A stretch of 64,000 nucleotides of DNA from a virus. The stretch spans positions 16,060 to 80,059 of IMG/VR virus record IMGVR_UViG_3300013286_000501. One strand, 5' to 3'. Positions 60,122 to 64,000 of this stretch are shown here, one piece after another. The translations under genes and the position numbers were made by a program. Under the pieces are notes generated by a model that saw only the letters and a program-made list of their open reading frames with translations, searched no databases and had not been told where the DNA came from. Positions within the stretch are counted from its first letter, which is position 1. Every line of letters starts with the position of its first letter.

Positions 60122-60601
60122 TTATTGTGTTACAAGATTTCCGTATTCGTCTAATTGCGGTGGAGTAGGAAATACCACCGCAAAAGGATCTGTAACTGTA
60201 ATAGATTGTAGCACACTTAAATAGGTTTGCCAAGCAGTTTGGATATCTCCAGTAGTTTCGGCAATTTTAGCAGTGGCCAGTTCTGATAGAGCAGTAATAT
60301 CATTGTTTACAATTACTCGACGATCAGCAATAGTTTTGGTTTTTTCTGCAAGCGTCATTTCTCTGACACTCCAGGTGTCTTTGTAAGTAACACCATCTTC
60401 AGCCAATTGATAAGTGCATTCTGCTACTTGTAGATTGCCAACGGGCATTACATCTAGACCTGGACGTTCTACGCGAACAAATGGTGCAAAACCTTCAGGT
60501 GGATTTTCTAAATCAAATCCCGGAAAAGCCTGCAATAGGTTATCTGGCAAAATTGGGTGTTGCCACGGTTGGCCATCACGGACCTGTATGAATAATTTCA
60601 T
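60122..60601 (-). CDS. Tail-fibre assembly/chaperone-like protein
   Basis: WQTYLSVL...FPTPP C-terminus; between fibre genes. Confidence 0.55.
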   Translation of the reverse strand: MKLFIQVRDGQPWQHPILPDNLLQAFPGFDLENPPEGFAPFVRVERPGLDVMPVGNLQVAECTYQLAEDGVTYKDTWSVREMTLAEKTKTIADRRVIVNNDITALSELATAKIAETTGDIQTAWQTYLSVLQSITVTDPFAVVFPTPPQLDEYGNLVTQ

Positions 60602-60662
60602 ATGTTAAACTCCTTTAATGTGTTTATTTAAATTCTTTCGAAATGCTGTGTTAGAATTCTGA

Positions 60663-63600
60663 TTAGCCTAGGCCTGCGCATACCTGTGTGCTAGGGAATT
60701 TGCGGGCTTGTCCTGGCCATACAACACGAACTGCCCCACCACCACCGGCACCACCACTGGCGGCACTGGTACCTCCAGCACCTACTACCACAGTATATGC
60801 AGTACCAGAAGTTACAGGAAACGAATTGATATAAGCTAATCCACCGCCGGCTCCACTGGCAAAACCTATGTTGGTTGAGGGAGTGTTGCCTGATCCACCA
60901 CCACCACCGTAGTTGCCACCTTTACCGGCACTAACAGTATATGGCGAACCATCAGTTCCGCCACTGCCCCCATAACCGCCAGCATGTCCTAAAGTGATAT
61001 TTGATCCCCCTGCACCATTACAACCTTGTCCAAATAATCCAACACCGCCACCGCCGCCGGGGCCGCATACACTAACTCCGCCAGAACCGCCAGCACCGCC
61101 AGAGCCGGCAGTACCGTTTGCACTAGTGTTACGTACACCGTCACCACCTGCACCACTATAACCACCGGCACCGCCACCAGATGCAGCCATTAAGCCGCTA
61201 CCACCGGCACCAAAACCGCCATTATATCCAATAAATCCTGTAGCACCTGTATTGAGTCCGGGGCCGGCCCATGATCCGCCTGCAGTACCACCGCTGCCGA
61301 TGCCAGTATTAGAGACAGTACCTTGTTTTCCCGCGCCTGCTTGTAGTATTGAAGTACCGACAAAATAACTTGGACTTCCTACACCAGAAAAATTACACTG
61401 GGTTCCGTAACTAATAGCACCTGCTCCGCCACCGCCCACAGCAACAATACTGACTGAAGTTACGTTAGCAGGTGCGACCCAACTATATGTTCCCGGTGTA
61501 GTATAGGACGTGCTGCTTGATAGAACAAGAGTAGTAGCACTGTTTGACGCTGTAGAGAATGCACTGTTTCCCACTAGATTAGTTGCATACATTTGGAAAG
61601 TGTATGTTGAAAATAATGGCAGTCCGGTGAATACAATAACACCACTATTAGTAAATGACGTCGTGGTACTTAATGTAATATTGCCCGGAGTCGATACCGC
61701 AGTGTAAGAAATAATTGGTAAAAATCCTGTATTCTGCGGACCAGTAAATGAAACAATAATTGATCCGGTTGATGTATTTGCAAATCCTGCAGCACTTGTT
61801 ATTGTAGGTGCATCTGGCACTGTATATTTAGATAATAAACCAGAGTTGATGTTAGATACACAGAAGGATGGGAATCTACGTAGATTGCCCGGCCATACTA
61901 TACGCACTGCGCCCCCGGCTCCGGCAGCACCGCCGGGGTAAGTTTGGCATCCCGGAATGCCACCATTGCCAACAGTTACGGTATATGATCCTGAAACTGT
62001 GTAATTATTAAGGTAGACTAATCCTCCTCCACCACCCCCTGTGTCACAAGCGCGGCAGGTCGAGCCGGCGCCGCCGCCACCGTATAAACCACCTACTCTA
62101 GTAGTATGTACGCCAACTCCGCCGCCTTGGCCGCCTGAACCTCCGCCAGGTACACAAGTATTGAGGTGTTGAGCTAGACCGTTTGGTCCAATACCGTATA
62201 TACCAACACCGCCACCACCACCGTTACAATTTCCACCCCCACCACCACCTCCGACACCGCTAGTAGCATTGGCAGTTAATCCGCCATTACCGCCGGGTCC
62301 CGCATAACCGGCCGCACCACCGCCACCAAACCTGTTTGCTCCAGATGAACCACCACTATTGACAACTGTTCCAGCAGGGCCGGATCCTGAACCGCCAGTT
62401 GCAGTTACGCCCATGGAGCCGCCGGATCCCGCAGATGCTACTAATATTGTAGTAGCAGACGGGGTATAAACAAATGTGCTAGCAGCGCCGGTAACCCCGG
62501 GAACCATCGCGGTGCTAGGGCCCTTTTGCTCGCCGCTGCCGCCGCCACCAACTAGCAATAGGCTAACTGAAGTTACGCCCGCAGGTGGAAGCCAACTGTA
62601 TGATCCTGCTACAGTATAAACTGACTCACCAAATGCATATGGATATACAATAGATGCTGTACTAATTGTTCCTGTTGATCCCACAACGTTTACTGCATAT
62701 ACTGTAGCTGTGTAGGTTAATGTATTATCAGGGATACCAGTAACTATAACGGTATTGGACGCAGTTGTAGTAGTTGATAACGATGCTGTATAATTGCCAG
62801 GTTGTACTCTAGCAACATAAGATGCTACCGGACCGGCTCCACCCGAGTTATCTGGACCAATAAATGTCACAGCTATGCTCGAAGTGCTGGCAAATGTGGA
62901 ACTTGTTATTGTGGGAATCCCGGGAGCAGTAGGAGTATATGCGGTAGTTGCACTTGGACTATTTCCCGCAACGTTTGTTCCATATAGGGTAATAGTTGCA
63001 CTGTTGGCAAAGTTAAAACTATTGTTTGAGATTACCAGTGTAGCCGAACCACTGGTCAATGACGATGATGTTGTTATGCTGTAACCACCAACAGCCAATG
63101 TGTAAGAACCGTTGTATAATTGTAGGTTAGTGGTCAAGCTGGGAATGGTATATGTTACAGACAAGCTGGTTGGACTTGATACAGTGTAACTTGAGATAGT
63201 CGGAGCAGCAGTGACTGAATATGAAGATGTTGTTAGAACACTGCAATTAACTACCTGTGTTAATGGAAATGCTCTGTTTACACCCCATAATACTCTACCA
63301 CCGCCGCGAGCACCGGATACACCGCTAGTAGAACCACCCCCACCACCAACTACCAGTGTGTAAGTATTACCCGGAATTGTCCCATAACCGTTTGCATAGG
63401 CTAAATTGCCGCCACCACCACCTACACCAGTAGTATTAGATCGAGCGCTGCCGCCACCATAAAGGCCGGGTGTTCCGCCATTGTTAACACCAACAAGGCC
63501 GCAACCTCCCACAGTTCCGCCACTACCACCCAACCCACCTGACCCAGCGCCGCTGGGGTTTACTGCGCCGCCGGCGCCGTTAGCGCCTTGTCCAAATAAT

Positions 63601-64000
63601 CCAACACCACCACCACCACCACCACGGTTATCAGTGGTGGCATAACCGCCACCACCACCACCACCACCGGTGCCTGCTGATCCATTACCAAGGCCGCCCT
63701 GCCCTGAATATCCAGCAGCACCTTGACCACCAAAGCCGCTACCGGATGTGGTATTATTTGTACCACCGTTATTTCCCCCGCCCGACAGTGCAGATCCACC
63801 GATTACGGCACCAGTGGCGCTGGCAGATCCAGCACCACCGCCGCCCCCACCAGCATTTAGTACAGTTGCGCCGTTAAATGTACTAGCACCTCCATTGCAG
63901 CCGCCAGTGTTGCCATAGCCACCGCCACCGCCACCTACGACAACAACAGCTACTCTGGTCACACCAGCAGGAGCTACCCAACTGTTACTGCCAGCCGCAG
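60663..64000 (-). CDS. Gly-rich FN3-containing fibre protein (5' end outside window)
   Basis: Repeated SWVAPAGVTSVSxVxVGGGG...VRxVW units alternating with APTI...YAxNxVG FN3-like units; frame open to the edge. Confidence 0.82.
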   Translation of the reverse strand, partial: AAGSNSWVAPAGVTRVAVVVVGGGGGGYGNTGGCNGGASTFNGATVLNAGGGGGGAGSASATGAVIGGSALSGGGNNGGTNNTTSGSGFGGQGAAGYSGQGGLGNGSAGTGGGGGGGGYATTDNRGGGGGGVGLFGQGANGAGGAVNPSGAGSGGLGGSGGTVGGCGLVGVNNGGTPGLYGGGSARSNTTGVGGGGGNLAYANGYGTIPGNTYTLVVGGGGGSTSGVSGARGGGRVLWGVNRAFPLTQVVNCSVLTTSSYSVTAAPTISSYTVSSPTSLSVTYTIPSLTTNLQLYNGSYTLAVGGYSITTSSSLTSGSATLVISNNSFNFANSATITLYGTNVAGNSPSATTAYTPTAPGIPTITSSTFASTSSIAVTFIGPDNSGGAGPVASYVARVQPGNYTASLSTTTTASNTVIVTGIPDNTLTYTATVYAVNVVGSTGTISTASIVYPYAFGESVYTVAGSYSWLPPAGVTSVSLLLVGGGGSGEQKGPSTAMVPGVTGAASTFVYTPSATTILVASAGSGGSMGVTATGGSGSGPAGTVVNSGGSSGANRFGGGGAAGYAGPGGNGGLTANATSGVGGGGGGGNCNGGGGGVGIYGIGPNGLAQHLNTCVPGGGSGGQGGGVGVHTTRVGGLYGGGGAGSTCRACDTGGGGGGLVYLNNYTVSGSYTVTVGNGGIPGCQTYPGGAAGAGGAVRIVWPGNLRRFPSFCVSNINSGLLSKYTVPDAPTITSAAGFANTSTGSIIVSFTGPQNTGFLPIISYTAVSTPGNITLSTTTSFTNSGVIVFTGLPLFSTYTFQMYATNLVGNSAFSTASNSATTLVLSSSTSYTTPGTYSWVAPANVTSVSIVAVGGGGAGAISYGTQCNFSGVGSPSYFVGTSILQAGAGKQGTVSNTGIGSGGTAGGSWAGPGLNTGATGFIGYNGGFGAGGSGLMAASGGGAGGYSGAGGDGVRNTSANGTAGSGGAGGSGGVSVCGPGGGGGVGLFGQGCNGAGGSNITLGHAGGYGGSGGTDGSPYTVSAGKGGNYGGGGGSGNTPSTNIGFASGAGGGLAYINSFPVTSGTAYTVVVGAGGTSAASGGAGGGGAVRVVWPGQARKFPSTQVCAGLG

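Noticed and set aside
55100-63960. CCA/CCG/GGT tandem runs as microsatellites
   Set aside because: They encode poly-Gly tracts of the fibre proteins.
1-64000. Bacterial chromosome, or a recoded genetic code
   Set aside because: Host-like genes lack their operon partners and are mixed with virion genes and TAAATA boxes; conserved genes are full length in code 11 and use all three stop codons.

Overview
This window looks like part of a large (jumbo-type) tailed phage genome, probably from fresh water and infecting a Proteobacterium. It is gene-dense and almost entirely on the minus strand. TAAATA late-promoter-like boxes and near-consensus sigma70 promoters precede many genes. Virion-type genes (PAAR-like, beta-helix, giant Gly-rich LamG/FN3 fibres) are mixed with host-like genes stripped of their usual operon partners (dnaK, hsp20, clpX, clpS, rpsU, iscA, nrdAB, grx). 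Notable modules: (1) a curli-like operon csgF-csgG-curlin-like-FecR; (2) heme oxygenase plus a PcyA/PcyX-type bilin reductase, with a possible stand-alone HemA dimerisation-domain mimic nearby; (3) an array of small genes built from conserved DNA boxes (21-bp junction repeat x5) around variable segments, resembling a cassette-shuffling locus; (4) a plcP/agt-like phospholipid-to-glycolipid remodelling pair with a hidden overlapping ORF; (5) a circularly permuted two-piece tmRNA (tag ANASNDEVWALAA) and several other candidate structured RNAs; (6) a cytochrome c/Coq7/DoxX cassette between nrdA and nrdB; (7) ROSE-like hairpins on both chaperone genes. All calls are from motif recognition by eye; no database searches were run.
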